Notes: generated by a model not told the origin, from the sequence alone. Positions 17,782 to 28,343 are shown, counted from the first letter of the stretch. The stretch is 64,000 nucleotides of DNA from an uncultured Acidobacteriota bacterium (GCA_963815865.1 CAWFIK010000003.1:283771-347770), one strand, 5' to 3'. Translations and numbers: made by a program.

Positions 17782-18957
17782 TTGAGCCGGTCTTCCGACA
17801 GGTCCCGTGTGGCCGTTCGCGCCGTCGCGTTTCTCGCGCTTGCCGCGCCCGCTGCCGGACTCGTGTGGTTCGCCGCGATCGCAAAGGAAGCCTGGTTCGA
17901 GCGCCATATCGTCGTGCCCGCGTACCGTCTTCCTCCACCGGGCTGGGCGCTGCCGGCGCTGCGGACCGGCGCGGCCGTCCTCGGCCTCGCTCTCGCCGCG
18001 TGCGCCGTCGCCGCGGGCCGGCGGGCGACGGCAGGGGGAGCGGCGCGGGTCGCGGCCGCGCTCGCGCTGTCGCTCTGCGCTTGCGAGCTCGTGCTGCGGT
18101 GGATGCGGCGGCCCGAGCCCGAGATGCCCGACCCCCGCCTCGAGTGGATCCTCGGCGCGCCCGACGCGCGCACCGGATGGGCGTTCGTTCCGAACCGGAC
18201 CATGGACCTGCCGCGGCGCGGCCGCCAGCGGATCGCGCGATATGCAATCGACGCGCACGGCGACCGCGCTCCTTCGCAGGACTGGGTCGAGGATCCGCAA
18301 GCGCCGACGCTCCTCTTGACCGGCGAATCGACCGCCGTCGGGCACGGCCTGCAGTGGCCCGACACGGTCGCGGCGCAACTGTCCGAGAAGCTGCGCATGC
18401 AGGTCGTCAACGTCGCCGAGGGGGGATACGGAAGCGATCAGGCGCACCTGCGCGCCGTGGACGCGCTGCCGCGCTTCGCGCATCCGCTCGCGGTCGTGAC
18501 GCTGGTGCTGCCGGTGCAGCTCCACCGCAACATCCAGGATGATCACCCGCGCCTCGTCGTGCGCGACGGGGCGCTCGTCGTCGAGCCCGCGTCCCGCTCG
18601 CCGTTCCGGCTCCGGCAGGTGTTCGTGGACGAGATCCCTTATCTCTCCGAGAGGGATCTCGAGCGGAGCCTGACGCTCACGCGTGAGATCCTCCACGCCA
18701 CCGCCGACGCCGCGCGGGCGCGCGGCGCGTGGCCGCTCTTCGTCGTGCCGTGCATCGGGCCGCAACGCCCGGCGGAGGCGCGTCCCGAGGCGTTCGTCGT
18801 GAGCGCGCTGCTCGACGACCTGCCGCACGTGGTCGTAGACATCGAGCCGGCGGAGCTGATTCCCTTCGACGGCCATCCCGACCGCGCCGGCGCCGCCCGG
18901 ATCGCCGACGCCATCGCCGGCGCACTCGCGCCGCTGCTGCGGCCGCCGGCCGGTTGA
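17782..18957 (+). CDS. Membrane-anchored SGNH/GDSL-like hydrolase family protein (tentative)
   Basis: TTG start. An N-terminal TM segment VAVRAVAFLALAAPAAGLVWFAAI, then a block LLLTGESTAVGHGLQWPD resembling the SGNH catalytic Ser block. Otherwise unrecognised. Confidence 0.45.
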   Translation: MSRSSDRSRVAVRAVAFLALAAPAAGLVWFAAIAKEAWFERHIVVPAYRLPPPGWALPALRTGAAVLGLALAACAVAAGRRATAGGAARVAAALALSLCACELVLRWMRRPEPEMPDPRLEWILGAPDARTGWAFVPNRTMDLPRRGRQRIARYAIDAHGDRAPSQDWVEDPQAPTLLLTGESTAVGHGLQWPDTVAAQLSEKLRMQVVNVAEGGYGSDQAHLRAVDALPRFAHPLAVVTLVLPVQLHRNIQDDHPRLVVRDGALVVEPASRSPFRLRQVFVDEIPYLSERDLERSLTLTREILHATADAARARGAWPLFVVPCIGPQRPAEARPEAFVVSALLDDLPHVVVDIEPAELIPFDGHPDRAGAARIADAIAGALAPLLRPPAG

Positions 18958-18991
18958 CGAAAGACGGGGAATCCTGTTTTGGGTTCGCAGG

Positions 18992-19897
18992 TCAGGGGCC
19001 GATGACGACCGCGGGCTCGCCGGCGTCGAGGGCCAGAACGACGCGCTTGCGGATCGCGAAGAGCTCGAGGCGCGAGATCTTGGAGCCGGGGCCCCGCTCC
19101 TCGACCTTCCTCAGCGTCGCCCAGGCAAGCTCCGTCGGGAGGGCGCAGAACTCGACGAGGCCTCGCGGCGCCTCGGCGCGTTGCAGCGCGAGGGTGTATT
19201 CAGCCGCGACGTGAAGGTCGCGGCGGGCCAGCGCGAAGACCTCGGAGCGCGCGACTCCACGCGGCAGGTAGCTTCGTCCCTCGGTGACGTCCACAGCCGC
19301 GTCCTTCAGAATGTTGACGAGTTGGAGGGCCTCGCCGAAGGTCGCGGCGCGCTCGCGCAGATATGGAGCGGCCGGCCGGAGCGTCTCGCGGTTCAGGAGG
19401 AAGAGCGCGGAGAGCATCTCTCCGACAATCCCGGCGACCGCGTAGCAGTAGTTGCGCAGATCGCGGAGATCGTTCAAGACAAGCGCGCCGCCGTCCGTGC
19501 GGCCGACGAAGACCGCCATCCCCTCGGCCGAGCGGCAGACGTGATCCCGCACAGAGGCGACAGCCTCGGGCTCGAGCGCGAAGAACGCTTCGAGGACGAA
19601 CGGCGTCTCCGTGACGAGCCGCCGGTAGCCGGCGTGGGGCGAAACTCCGGCCCCGGTCCACTGTCGCGCCAGCCGGTCTGCCTTCGCGGGGGAGAAATCG
19701 CGCAGCAGGTCCTGGAACTCCCGGAGCGCTTCGATGCGGCGCTCCGGCGGCCAGTGGGCCGCGTCCTCGAACGTGTCGGCGATCCGGAAGAGGAGATACG
19801 CGATCATGACCTGGCGCCGCGTCGGCTCGGGGAGCACGGGGATCGAGAGCGCGAACGTGCGGCTCGTCTTCTCCAGCAGTTCTTCGAGCGTCGTCAT
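18992..19897 (-). CDS. Squalene/phytoene synthase family protein (HpnC/HpnD/SQS-type, hopanoid precursor synthesis)
   Basis: The 301-aa product is MTTLEELLEKTSRTFALSIPVLPEPTRRQVMIAYLLFRIADTFEDAAH...NYCYAVAGIVGEMLSALF...LQLVNILKDAAVDVTEGRSYLP. These are trans-isoprenyl diphosphate synthase head-to-head motifs. ATG at 19897 overlaps the hpnG stop. Confidence 0.8.
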   Translation of the reverse strand: MTTLEELLEKTSRTFALSIPVLPEPTRRQVMIAYLLFRIADTFEDAAHWPPERRIEALREFQDLLRDFSPAKADRLARQWTGAGVSPHAGYRRLVTETPFVLEAFFALEPEAVASVRDHVCRSAEGMAVFVGRTDGGALVLNDLRDLRNYCYAVAGIVGEMLSALFLLNRETLRPAAPYLRERAATFGEALQLVNILKDAAVDVTEGRSYLPRGVARSEVFALARRDLHVAAEYTLALQRAEAPRGLVEFCALPTELAWATLRKVEERGPGSKISRLELFAIRKRVVLALDAGEPAVVIGP

Positions 19898-20634
19898 TCG
19901 AGTCCGTCCGCGAGGAATCGTTCGAGGAAGAGGGAAAGCTGCTTCGCGCAATCCAGGGTGCGGCGGCGCAGCCGGAAGAGGTCCGGGATCCTCGAGGGGC
20001 GGGCAAGCGCGCGAGCGACGACGGCGCCGCGGCGAATCGCGCCGTCCTCGCCCAGGCACTCGGCGAGGTACTCGGGCAGGCCCTCGTCCGCGCCGTCGCT
20101 GATCGAACGGACGACGACGTAGGGGATGCCGCGCGAGGCGGCCACGCGCGCCCAGGCGGCCGATTCCATGTCCACGGCGCAGACGCCTTCGAGGGTCGCG
20201 GCCAGCCGCGTCTTCTCGGCCGCGGACGTGACCGGCCTCCCGACCGTCAGGAGCGTGCCCTCCTCCGCGCCGGCCTCGAGGGCCCGGGAAAGGAGGCGGG
20301 CGTCGGGCGCTGGCGCCTCCCCGGCGGAGTCGCGGATGCGTTTGCCGGCGACGATCGCGCCGACGCCGAGCCCGGGGGAGAGAGCCCCGGCGATGCCGGC
20401 GCCGACGACGGCCTGCGGGCGCGTCCGCTCGCAGAAGGACTCCGCTCTCTCGCCCGCCCTCTCCGGACCGTCTCCCGTCGCCGCGATGACGACGTCCGTC
20501 GTTCCGAGCTGCGCGCCGATGACGCCTCTCCACTGGTAATGGATCCGCGAGGCGCGCCGGAGGATCGCGTTCAAGTCGAGCTCCTCGGAGATCGCCGTCA
20601 GGATGAGGACCCCGTTCGGCCTATCCGCGGACAT
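19894..20634 (-). CDS. hpnG: Hopanoid-associated phosphorylase/nucleosidase (PNP/MTAN family)
   Basis: The 246-aa product is MSADRPNGVLILTAISEELDL...VIAATGDGPERAG...VCAVDMESAAWARVAASRGIPYVVVRSISD, a nucleoside phosphorylase fold. It sits between hpnA and the squalene synthase-like gene. Confidence 0.8.
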   Translation of the reverse strand: MSADRPNGVLILTAISEELDLNAILRRASRIHYQWRGVIGAQLGTTDVVIAATGDGPERAGERAESFCERTRPQAVVGAGIAGALSPGLGVGAIVAGKRIRDSAGEAPAPDARLLSRALEAGAEEGTLLTVGRPVTSAAEKTRLAATLEGVCAVDMESAAWARVAASRGIPYVVVRSISDGADEGLPEYLAECLGEDGAIRRGAVVARALARPSRIPDLFRLRRRTLDCAKQLSLFLERFLADGLE

Positions 20635-21607
20635 AGCCGTTCTCGCGAAACCAGGCGACCGCGCGACCGAGGGCCTCCTCGACGGGACTCTGAGGAAGCC
20701 CGAGCTCCCGCACCGCCTTGCTCGAATCGAAGTACATCTTGTGGCGGGACATTCTCACGCCTTCGAGCGGCACTCGCGGCGGCCGCGCGGCGACCTTCGA
20801 CGCCAGTGTGCTCACGGCGGCGGCGGCGAGCGGGATCCAGTGCGGCAGCTTGATCGCCGGCGAGGGAACTCCGGTCAGCTTCGAGAGCGCGTCGAAGATC
20901 TCCTTGAGCGTCATATCGCGGTTTCCCAGGATGTATTTTTCTCCGACTCGTCCCTTCTCCGCGGCGAGCACGTGCCCCTCCGCGACGTCGCGCACGTCCA
21001 CGAGATTCAATCCCGTTTCGACATACGCCGGCATCCGGCGGTTCAGGAAGTCCACGATCATCTGTCCCGTGGGGGTCGGCTTGATGTCCCTCTCGCCGAC
21101 CGGCGTGGAAGGGTTGACGATGACGACCGGCAGTCCCCTGGCCGCGAACTCCACCGCCACGCATTCCGCTTCGTGCTTGCTCTTCTTGTAATGGCCGATC
21201 AGGGAGCGGGGTTCGACCGGCGTCTTCTCATTGCCCGGCCGGCCGTCGTGCGTCAGGCCCAGGGCCCCCACACTGCTCGTGTGCACGACCCGCTCGGCGC
21301 CGATCTCCGACGCGGCGGCCAGGACGTTTCGAGTCCCTTCGACGTTGGCGGCGTGGATTTCCCGGGGATGGCGCGCCGACAGCCGGTAATCCGCGGCGCA
21401 GTGATAGACGATCTTCGCGCCGCCCATCGCGCGCGCCAGCGACGCCGCGTCGGTGACGTCGCCCGTCACGATCTCGACCGGAAGCCCCTCGAGATTGCTC
21501 AGGCGGCTGGAGGAGCGCACAAGGCAGCGCACGGTCCGTCCGCGCGCCAGGAGCGCCCGGACGAGGTGCGCGCCGATGAAGCCCGTGCCCCCGGTGACGA
21601 AGTCCAC
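20621..21607 (-). CDS. hpnA: NAD-dependent epimerase/dehydratase, hopanoid-associated sugar epimerase family
   Basis: MDFVTGGTGFIGAHLVRALLARG (Rossmann GxxGxxG)...YKKSKHEAE (YxxxK) in a 328-aa protein. Positioned between hpnH and hpnG. Confidence 0.8.
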   Translation of the reverse strand: MDFVTGGTGFIGAHLVRALLARGRTVRCLVRSSSRLSNLEGLPVEIVTGDVTDAASLARAMGGAKIVYHCAADYRLSARHPREIHAANVEGTRNVLAAASEIGAERVVHTSSVGALGLTHDGRPGNEKTPVEPRSLIGHYKKSKHEAECVAVEFAARGLPVVIVNPSTPVGERDIKPTPTGQMIVDFLNRRMPAYVETGLNLVDVRDVAEGHVLAAEKGRVGEKYILGNRDMTLKEIFDALSKLTGVPSPAIKLPHWIPLAAAAVSTLASKVAARPPRVPLEGVRMSRHKMYFDSSKAVRELGLPQSPVEEALGRAVAWFRENGYVRG

Positions 21608-21621
21608 CGGGGAAGTCTAGG

Positions 21622-22623
21622 CTACCCCGTCAGGTTCCAGGCGACGAGGCGGAACATGTCGCCGGGATGCTTCGGGAGCTCCTTGACCACGGAGGCCTCG
21701 AAGCCGGAGTGCATCGCGCAGTTGGCGCAGAGCGGATCCTGGCGCGACTCCCAGTAGTCCCAGTCGGTGCCGCCCCAGAACTCCTCCCACGAGTGCGTGT
21801 ACTTCTTGCCGATCAGGTAGCACGGGCCCTTCCAGCCGTTGGGCGTGTACGTCACGGTGCTCCATGGAGAACACTTGTACTCGCGCAGCCCCGCCGCAAA
21901 CTCGAGGAACATCGGAGTCGAGGTCAGCTTGTATTTCTTCGAGATCTCCAGGACCCGCCGGAACTTCCTCTGGATCTCCGACTTCGTCAGGAACATGTCG
22001 CGCTCGACCGACTCGTAGTGATAGCCGGGCGAGACGAGGAGCCCCTCGACGCCGAGCCCGGTCAGGAGCTCGCAGACCTGCTCGACCTCGGAGACGTCGG
22101 TCTCCTTGAAGATCGTCATGTTGGCCATGACGTGATGGCCGAGGCGAACGCCCTCGCGGATCATCTCGACCGCCGTGTCGAAGACTCCTTCGCGCGCGCA
22201 GACCTTGTCGTGCGTCTCCCGCATGCCGTCCAGGTGGACGTTGATCATGAGGCGGCGGTTGGGAGGGATGACGCCGTACACCTTCGTGTCGAGGAGGAGG
22301 CCGTTCGTGCAAAGGTAGATGTGGCGCTTCCTCCGGATGATCTCGGAGACGAGCTGCGGCAGCTCCGGGTAGATCGTCGGCTCGCCGCCGCAGATCGAGA
22401 CGATCGGCGCCGTCGAAACGTCCACCGCCGCGAGGCATTTCTCGAGCGGGAGCCGGTCCTGGAGCTTCCCGGTGTGCCGCTCGATCGCGCACCCCAGGCA
22501 GGCGAGGTTGCAGGTGTAGAGGGGCTCGAGCATCAGGACGAACGGGTAGCGCTTGTTGCCCGCGAGCGCGTTGACGATCTGGTGCTTGATCGTGCCCGTC
22601 GTGATGTGCAGCGGAAACCTCAT
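21622..22623 (-). CDS. hpnH: Adenosylhopane-forming radical SAM enzyme
   Basis: The 333-aa product is MRFPLHITTGTIKHQIVNALAGNKRYPFVLMLEPLYTCNLACLGCAIERH (CxxxCxxC)...GGEPTIYPEL...HLDGMRETHDKVCAREGVFD. ATG at 22621-22623 overlaps the shc stop (ATGA). Confidence 0.9.
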   Translation of the reverse strand: MRFPLHITTGTIKHQIVNALAGNKRYPFVLMLEPLYTCNLACLGCAIERHTGKLQDRLPLEKCLAAVDVSTAPIVSICGGEPTIYPELPQLVSEIIRRKRHIYLCTNGLLLDTKVYGVIPPNRRLMINVHLDGMRETHDKVCAREGVFDTAVEMIREGVRLGHHVMANMTIFKETDVSEVEQVCELLTGLGVEGLLVSPGYHYESVERDMFLTKSEIQRKFRRVLEISKKYKLTSTPMFLEFAAGLREYKCSPWSTVTYTPNGWKGPCYLIGKKYTHSWEEFWGGTDWDYWESRQDPLCANCAMHSGFEASVVKELPKHPGDMFRLVAWNLTG

Positions 22624-24656
22624 CGGCTCGATTCTCCTTCTCTCGGTCTCGTGTCGGCGATGGCTTCCATGGCCTTCCGGCCGGCCTCCGGGGCCGAATC
22701 GGCCGGCCCGGCCTCCCGTTCGTAGACCGCGAGGGCCCAGAGCGGGAAGTACGTCGCGTAAAGATGGTAACGCAGGTAGAACACCCGCGGGAACCCCGTG
22801 CCGGTCCAGTGCTCGTCCTTCCAGGAGCCGTCGTACTCCTGGTTGCGTAGCAGGTACTCGAGGCCCCGCCGCACGCTGGTGGAAGCAATGTCGTCCAACG
22901 CAAAGAGTCCGAGCAACGCCCATGCCGTCTGGGACGGAGTGCTCGGCCCGATCCCCTTGCGGCCCGGCTCGTCGTAGGAGCGGGGGAGCTCTCCCCATCC
23001 GCCGTCCTCGTTCTGGTGCCGGCGCAGCCAGCTCCCCGCGCGCTGGTGGCGCTCCTGGGAGAGGTCCTCGCCGGCGGCGGCGAGCCCACGCAGCGCGAGC
23101 CACGTGCCGTAGAGGAAGTTGCACCCCCAGCGGCCGTACCACGTTCCGTCGGCGTCCTGCCTCCGGTTCAGGTACGCGGCGGCTCGCCGCACGGCCTTGA
23201 CGTCGCGCCCGACGCCGAGGCGCTCGAGCGCCTCGAGCGTGCGGCCCGTGATGTCCTCGCAGCTCGGATCGATCATCGCGTTGTGGTCGGCGAAGGGGAT
23301 GAACGTCAGGACCTCGTTGTCGCAGTCGCGGTCGAACGCGGGCCACCCCCCGTCGCCGTTCTGCATGGCGAGCTGCCAGGCGAGGCCGCGCGCGATCGCC
23401 CCCTGGCGCCGCCGCTCCTCGCGCTCGTCGGGAAAACGCACGGCGGCAAGCGAGGTCAGGACCTCCGCGGTGTCGTCGGTGTCGGGATAGAACTCGTTCT
23501 CGTACTCGAAGTACCAGCCTCCGGGAGGCGTCTTCGGGATCCGCCGCTGCCAGTCGCCGGGCACGCGGACCTCGCGATCGAGAAGCCAGCTCGCCGCGCG
23601 GAGCAGTCGCGGATCGTCCTCGGAGACTCCCGACTCCCGCAGGGCCACGACCGCGAGCGCCGTGTCCCAGACCGGTGGGAAGCAGGGCTGGAGGCGGAGG
23701 GTCTCTTCCTCCTCGATCTCCAGGTTCTGCAGCTCTTCCACCTGGCTCTTCACGATCGGATGGTCGGCCGCGTAGCCGCGGCAGCGCAGCGCGAGGATCG
23801 TGTTGACGATCGGAGGGAAGATCGCGCCGAGACCGTCGCTGCGCTCGAGACGCTCGAGGATCCAGGCCTCCGCCCGGTCGAGCGCGCGGCGGCGCAGCGG
23901 CGTCCACTGCCGGACCTCCAGCTCGTGGAGGAAGCGGTCCACGACGCCGAAAAAGGCCCCCCAGAGCCGCGCCCGGAGGCTCTTCGCGGGTCCCTTCGGC
24001 CGCGCCGCGCCCTCTGGAGTCTTGAGCTCCACCAGGGACGCGCTCTCCGGCACCGGGCAGGTCGGGCGATAGGCCGAGATGATCGAGAGCGGCACGACGA
24101 TCGCGCGGGACCAGGAGGACATCCGGTAGATCGAGACCGGCACCCAGTCGGGGAAGAGGATCAGCTCCGCCGGCACGGTCGGGCATTTCTCCCAGGCGTA
24201 CTGGCCGAAGATCGAGAGGTAGATCTTCGTGAAGGAGTTGCAGGCGTCGAGCCCCCCGAGCTCGACGATGACGCGGCGCGCCCTGGCCATGTGAGGCGCT
24301 TGCGAATCGTCCCCCACGAGCTTCAACACGAAGTAGGCTTTCGTCGAGGCGCTCACCTCCGCCGGCCCTCCCGGGTAGATCGCCCAGCCTCCCGACGGGA
24401 GCTGCTTGCGCCGCAGGTATTCGGCCGCCTTCCGGATCCGCGGCTCTTCGAGGCGCCCGAGGAAGTGCATCGTGAGCAGGTACTCGGACTCGAGGATCGT
24501 GTCCCCCTCGAGCTCGGCGCACCAGTGGCCGTCCTCGCGCTGGATCGAGAGGAGGTACCGGCGCGCCGCCGCCGCCGCGGCGTCCACGGAAAGAGCAGCC
24601 GCCGGCGCTCGGGCGCCGCCCGGATCGTCGGGGACCGCGTCTTGCTCTACCGACAT
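22620..24656 (-). CDS. shc: Squalene-hopene cyclase
   Basis: A 678-aa protein with multiple QW motifs (RRKQLPSGGWAIYPGG, MQNGDGGWPAFD, RRQDADGTWYGRWGCNFLYGTW, RHQNEDGGWGE, RNQEYDGSWKDEHWTGTGFPRVFYLRYHLY) and the DDTAEV catalytic Asp motif. Confidence 0.95.
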   Translation of the reverse strand: MSVEQDAVPDDPGGARAPAAALSVDAAAAAARRYLLSIQREDGHWCAELEGDTILESEYLLTMHFLGRLEEPRIRKAAEYLRRKQLPSGGWAIYPGGPAEVSASTKAYFVLKLVGDDSQAPHMARARRVIVELGGLDACNSFTKIYLSIFGQYAWEKCPTVPAELILFPDWVPVSIYRMSSWSRAIVVPLSIISAYRPTCPVPESASLVELKTPEGAARPKGPAKSLRARLWGAFFGVVDRFLHELEVRQWTPLRRRALDRAEAWILERLERSDGLGAIFPPIVNTILALRCRGYAADHPIVKSQVEELQNLEIEEEETLRLQPCFPPVWDTALAVVALRESGVSEDDPRLLRAASWLLDREVRVPGDWQRRIPKTPPGGWYFEYENEFYPDTDDTAEVLTSLAAVRFPDEREERRRQGAIARGLAWQLAMQNGDGGWPAFDRDCDNEVLTFIPFADHNAMIDPSCEDITGRTLEALERLGVGRDVKAVRRAAAYLNRRQDADGTWYGRWGCNFLYGTWLALRGLAAAGEDLSQERHQRAGSWLRRHQNEDGGWGELPRSYDEPGRKGIGPSTPSQTAWALLGLFALDDIASTSVRRGLEYLLRNQEYDGSWKDEHWTGTGFPRVFYLRYHLYATYFPLWALAVYEREAGPADSAPEAGRKAMEAIADTRPREGESSR

Positions 24657-24830
24657 GATGCGCTGTCGCCGGGGTCCTCCATCGGACCGGATCGCCCCGC
24701 TTGATTCCCTCCGCGTTGCCGGGAGTGTAATCCCTCCGCCCGGAACGCCCCCAACCGTCCCATCGCGGAGTATACGGTCCCGGCCGGAGAGGCGATTCAG
24801 GAGAAGCGCTCGATCACGGATAATGCCCTC

Positions 24831-27800
24831 GTGGCGAGTCCGGAAGAGAGAGCGGCATCCGCGAGGGAGCGGGCCGAGGCCCTGGCCGAGGTCCTCGCGG
24901 AGCGGATCCTCGTCCTGGACGGCGCCACGGGGACCTTCCTCCAGGGGGAGAACCTGACCTCGGCGGACTTCGGCGGCGAGCAGTACGAGGGGTGCAACGA
25001 GAATCTCGTCCTGACCCGGCCCGACGTCGTGCGGAAGATGCACGAGAGCTATCTCGCGGCGGGCGCCGACATGGTCGAGACCGACACGTTCGGCGGGACG
25101 CCGCTCGTTCTCGCCGAGTACGGTCTCGCGGAGAAGGCTTTCGAGATCAACGCGCAGGCGGCGCGACTGGCTCGCGAGGCCGCGGCGGAGCACTCGACAG
25201 CCGGGAACCCGCGCTTCGTCGCGGGCTCGATGGGTCCCACGACGCGGTCGGTGACCGTGACGGGGGGCGTCACGTTCGAGGAGCTGATCGGCCACTACCG
25301 GACGCAGGCCGCGGGGCTCCTCGCCGGCGGCGCCGACGTCCTGCTTCTCGAGACGACGCAGGACACGCGCAATCTCAAGGCGGGGCTGATTGCCGTCCAA
25401 GAGGCATTTGCGCAGGCGGGGTGGAGCGTGCCGGTCATGGCCTCCGTCACGATCGAGCCGATGGGGACGATGCTCGCCGGGCAGGCGATCGACGCGCTCT
25501 ACGCCTCGATCATGCACGCGCCGCTCCTGTCGGTGGGGTTGAACTGCGCGACCGGGCCGGAGTTCATGGCGGACCACCTCCGCACGCTCTCGGGGCTCGC
25601 GAGAACGCTCGTGTCGTGCTATCCCAACGCAGGGCTTCCCGACTCCGACGGCTGCTATCCGGAGACGCCGGAGAAGATCGCGGCGCACCTGACGCGCTTC
25701 ATGGAAGAGGGGCTCGTCAACATCGTCGGGGGGTGCTGCGGCACGACGCCGGCGCACATCCGGGCGCTCGCGGCCGCGGCGCGCGGGAAGAAGCCGCGCC
25801 GGCCGCCGATCCACAACAGGACGCTCGTGTCGGGCATCGAGATGCTCGAGATCAACGAGGACAACCGGCCGGTCCTGGTCGGCGAGCGCACGAACGTGCT
25901 CGGCAGCCGCAAGTTCAAGCGCCTCGTCGCGGAGGGGAAGTTCGAGGCGGCCGCCGAGATCGCCCGGGCGCAGGTCAAGGCGGGCGGCCAGGTCATCGAC
26001 GTCTGCCTCCAGGACCCGGACCGCGACGAAGTCGCCGACGCGAACGCGTTCCTCGAGCGCGCCACGAAGATGGTCAAGGTCCCGCTGATGCTCGACTCGA
26101 CGGACTGGCGGGTCATGGAGCTGGGACTCAAATGGAGCCAGGGGAAATCGATTCTGAACTCCATCAACCTCGAGGACGGCGAGGAGCGGTTCAAGGCGGT
26201 CGTTCCGCTCGCGCAGAAGTACGGCGCGGCCCTGATCGTCGGCACGATCGACGAGGACCCGGAAACCGGGATGGGCGTCACGCGCGAGAGGAAGCTCGAG
26301 ATCGCGCGGCGGAGCTACACGCTCCTGACCGAGAAGTACGGCGTCGCGCCGGAAGACATCTACTTCGACCCGCTCGTCTTCCCGTGCGGGACCGGCGACG
26401 AGAAGTACGTCGGGAGCGCGGTCGAGACGATCGAGGGGATCCGCGCGATCAAGGCGGCCTTTCCCGAGTCGCGGACGATCCTCGGGATCTCCAACGTCAG
26501 CTTCGGGCTGCCGGAGTCGGGGCGCGAGGTCCTGAACTCCGTCTTCCTCTATCACTGCGTCAAGGCGGGGCTCGATCTCGCGATCGTCAACTCCGAGAAG
26601 ATGATGCGGTATCCATCGATCCCCGAGGAGGAGCGGCGGCTCGCCGAGGACCTCCTCTACAACCGCGGCGCCGACCCGGTCGCGGCCTTCGCCGGCCACT
26701 TCAAGGCGAAGGGCGCTGCGCCGAGGAAGCCCGTCGAGCGTGCCGGCAACGCCGATCGAGCGGCTGCCGCGCTACATCCTGGAAGGCTCAAAGGAAGGGC
26801 TGCTTGACGACCTCGAGGCGGTGCGCGGCGGCGGCATGGGTCCGCTCGACATCATCAACGGCCCGCTGATGGAGGGGATGCGCGAGGTCGGCCGCCTCTT
26901 CAACGCGAACGAGCTGATCGTCGCGGAGGTGCTGCAGTCGGCCGAGGCGATGAAGGCGGCCGTGAGCCACCTCGAGAAGTTCATGGAGAAGAAGAGCGAC
27001 TCGCGCAAGGGGAAGGTCATCCTCGCGACGGTCAAGGGAGACGTCCACGACATCGGGAAGAACCTGGTCGAGATCATTCTCTCGAACAACGGCTACGAGG
27101 TCGTCAACCTCGGCATCAAGGTTCCGCCCGAGCGGCTGATCGAGGCATACCGGGAGCACCGGCCGGATCTCATCGGCCTCTCCGGCCTGCTCGTGAAGAG
27201 CGCGCAGCAGATGGTCGCGACGGCGAAGGACCTGACGGCGAGCGGAGTGGAGGCTCCGATGCTCGTCGGAGGCGCCGCGCTCTCGCAGAAGTTCACGGAT
27301 CTGAAGATCGCGCCCGCTTACGGCGGCCTCGCCGTCTACGCGCAGGACGCGATGCGGGGCCTCGCGCTCGCCGACCGGATCCTCTCGGGAGGAGAGGCGC
27401 GCGCGTCTCTCGCGGCGGAGGCGCAGGAGCGCCGGCGGTCCGCGGCCGCGGCGGCGGAGGTGGCGGAGGCCGAGAACCCGCTCGCGGCGCCGGAGGTTCG
27501 AAGCGAGAACGTCCCGATCGCCGAGCCGCTCCCCGCGCCGGATCTCAGCGGAGTACGTCCTGCCGGACCTCGACGCCGATGAAATATGGAAGTACATCAA
27601 TCCCCACATGCTCTACGCGAAGCACCTCGGCTTGCGCGGGAGCTACCGCAGGCTCAAGGAGGCCGGCGACCCGAAGCTTGCGGAGCTCGAGGCGGTCATC
27701 GCGCGCGTCCGGAGCGCCGGCTGGATCCGTCCGCGCGCGATGTATCGCTACCTGGAGGCGTACTCGGAGGGGAACGGGCTGCACCTCGTCTGCGGGGGAC

Positions 27801-28303
27801 GCCGGCTCGCGAGCTTCGCGTTCCCGCGGCAGGCAATGGGCGAGCGTCTCTGCCTCGCCGACTTCGTCGCTCCGCGAAAGGAGGGAGGCCAGCTCGACTC
27901 GGTCGCGCTCCTCATCACGACCGCGGGCGAGGGAGTTCGCGACCGGGCCGAGATTCTCAAGGCCAGCGGCGAGTATCTCCTCTGCCACTGCCTGCAGGCG
28001 CTTGCCGTCGAGACCGCCGAAGCCGCCGCCGAGTGGGTCCACCGGACTATCCGCGAGCGCTGGGGCTTCCCCGATCCCCCCGAGCTGACGATGACCGACC
28101 GCTTCCAGGCCCGTTACCGCGGCAAGCGCTACAGCCCCGGCTACCCCGCCTGCCCCGACCTCGCCGATCAGGCCACGATCTTCCAGCTTCTCCCCGGCTC
28201 CAAGATCGGCGTGGACCTGACCGAGGGCTTCATGATGGACCCCGAAGCCTCCGTCTCGGCCCTCGTCGTCCACCACCCCCACGCCCGCTACTACGCCGTC
28301 TGA
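24831..28303 (+). CDS. metH: Cobalamin-dependent methionine synthase; all four domains present but split over three reading frames (two +1 frameshifts)
   Basis: Frame A 24831-26807 holds the Hcy-binding and pterin-binding domains ([10 protein letters not shown]...[11 protein letters not shown]...). Frame B 26740-27582 holds the B12 cap and binding domain ([30 protein letters not shown]). Frame C 27608-28303 holds the AdoMet activation domain (...[11 protein letters not shown]...). Switch points are about 26715-26745 and 27550-27580. Confidence 0.9.
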
Positions 28304-28308
28304 CGTCG

Positions 28309-28343
28309 CTCCGCGCCTGCGCGGGGACGTCTGCGCTTCTTCC
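28309..28343 (+). terminator. Candidate intrinsic terminator after metH
   Basis: ctccgcg-cctg-cgcgggg gives a 7-bp stem (one G.U) 6 nt after the TGA, followed by the pyrimidine/T-rich run gtctgcgcttcttcc. Confidence 0.35.
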
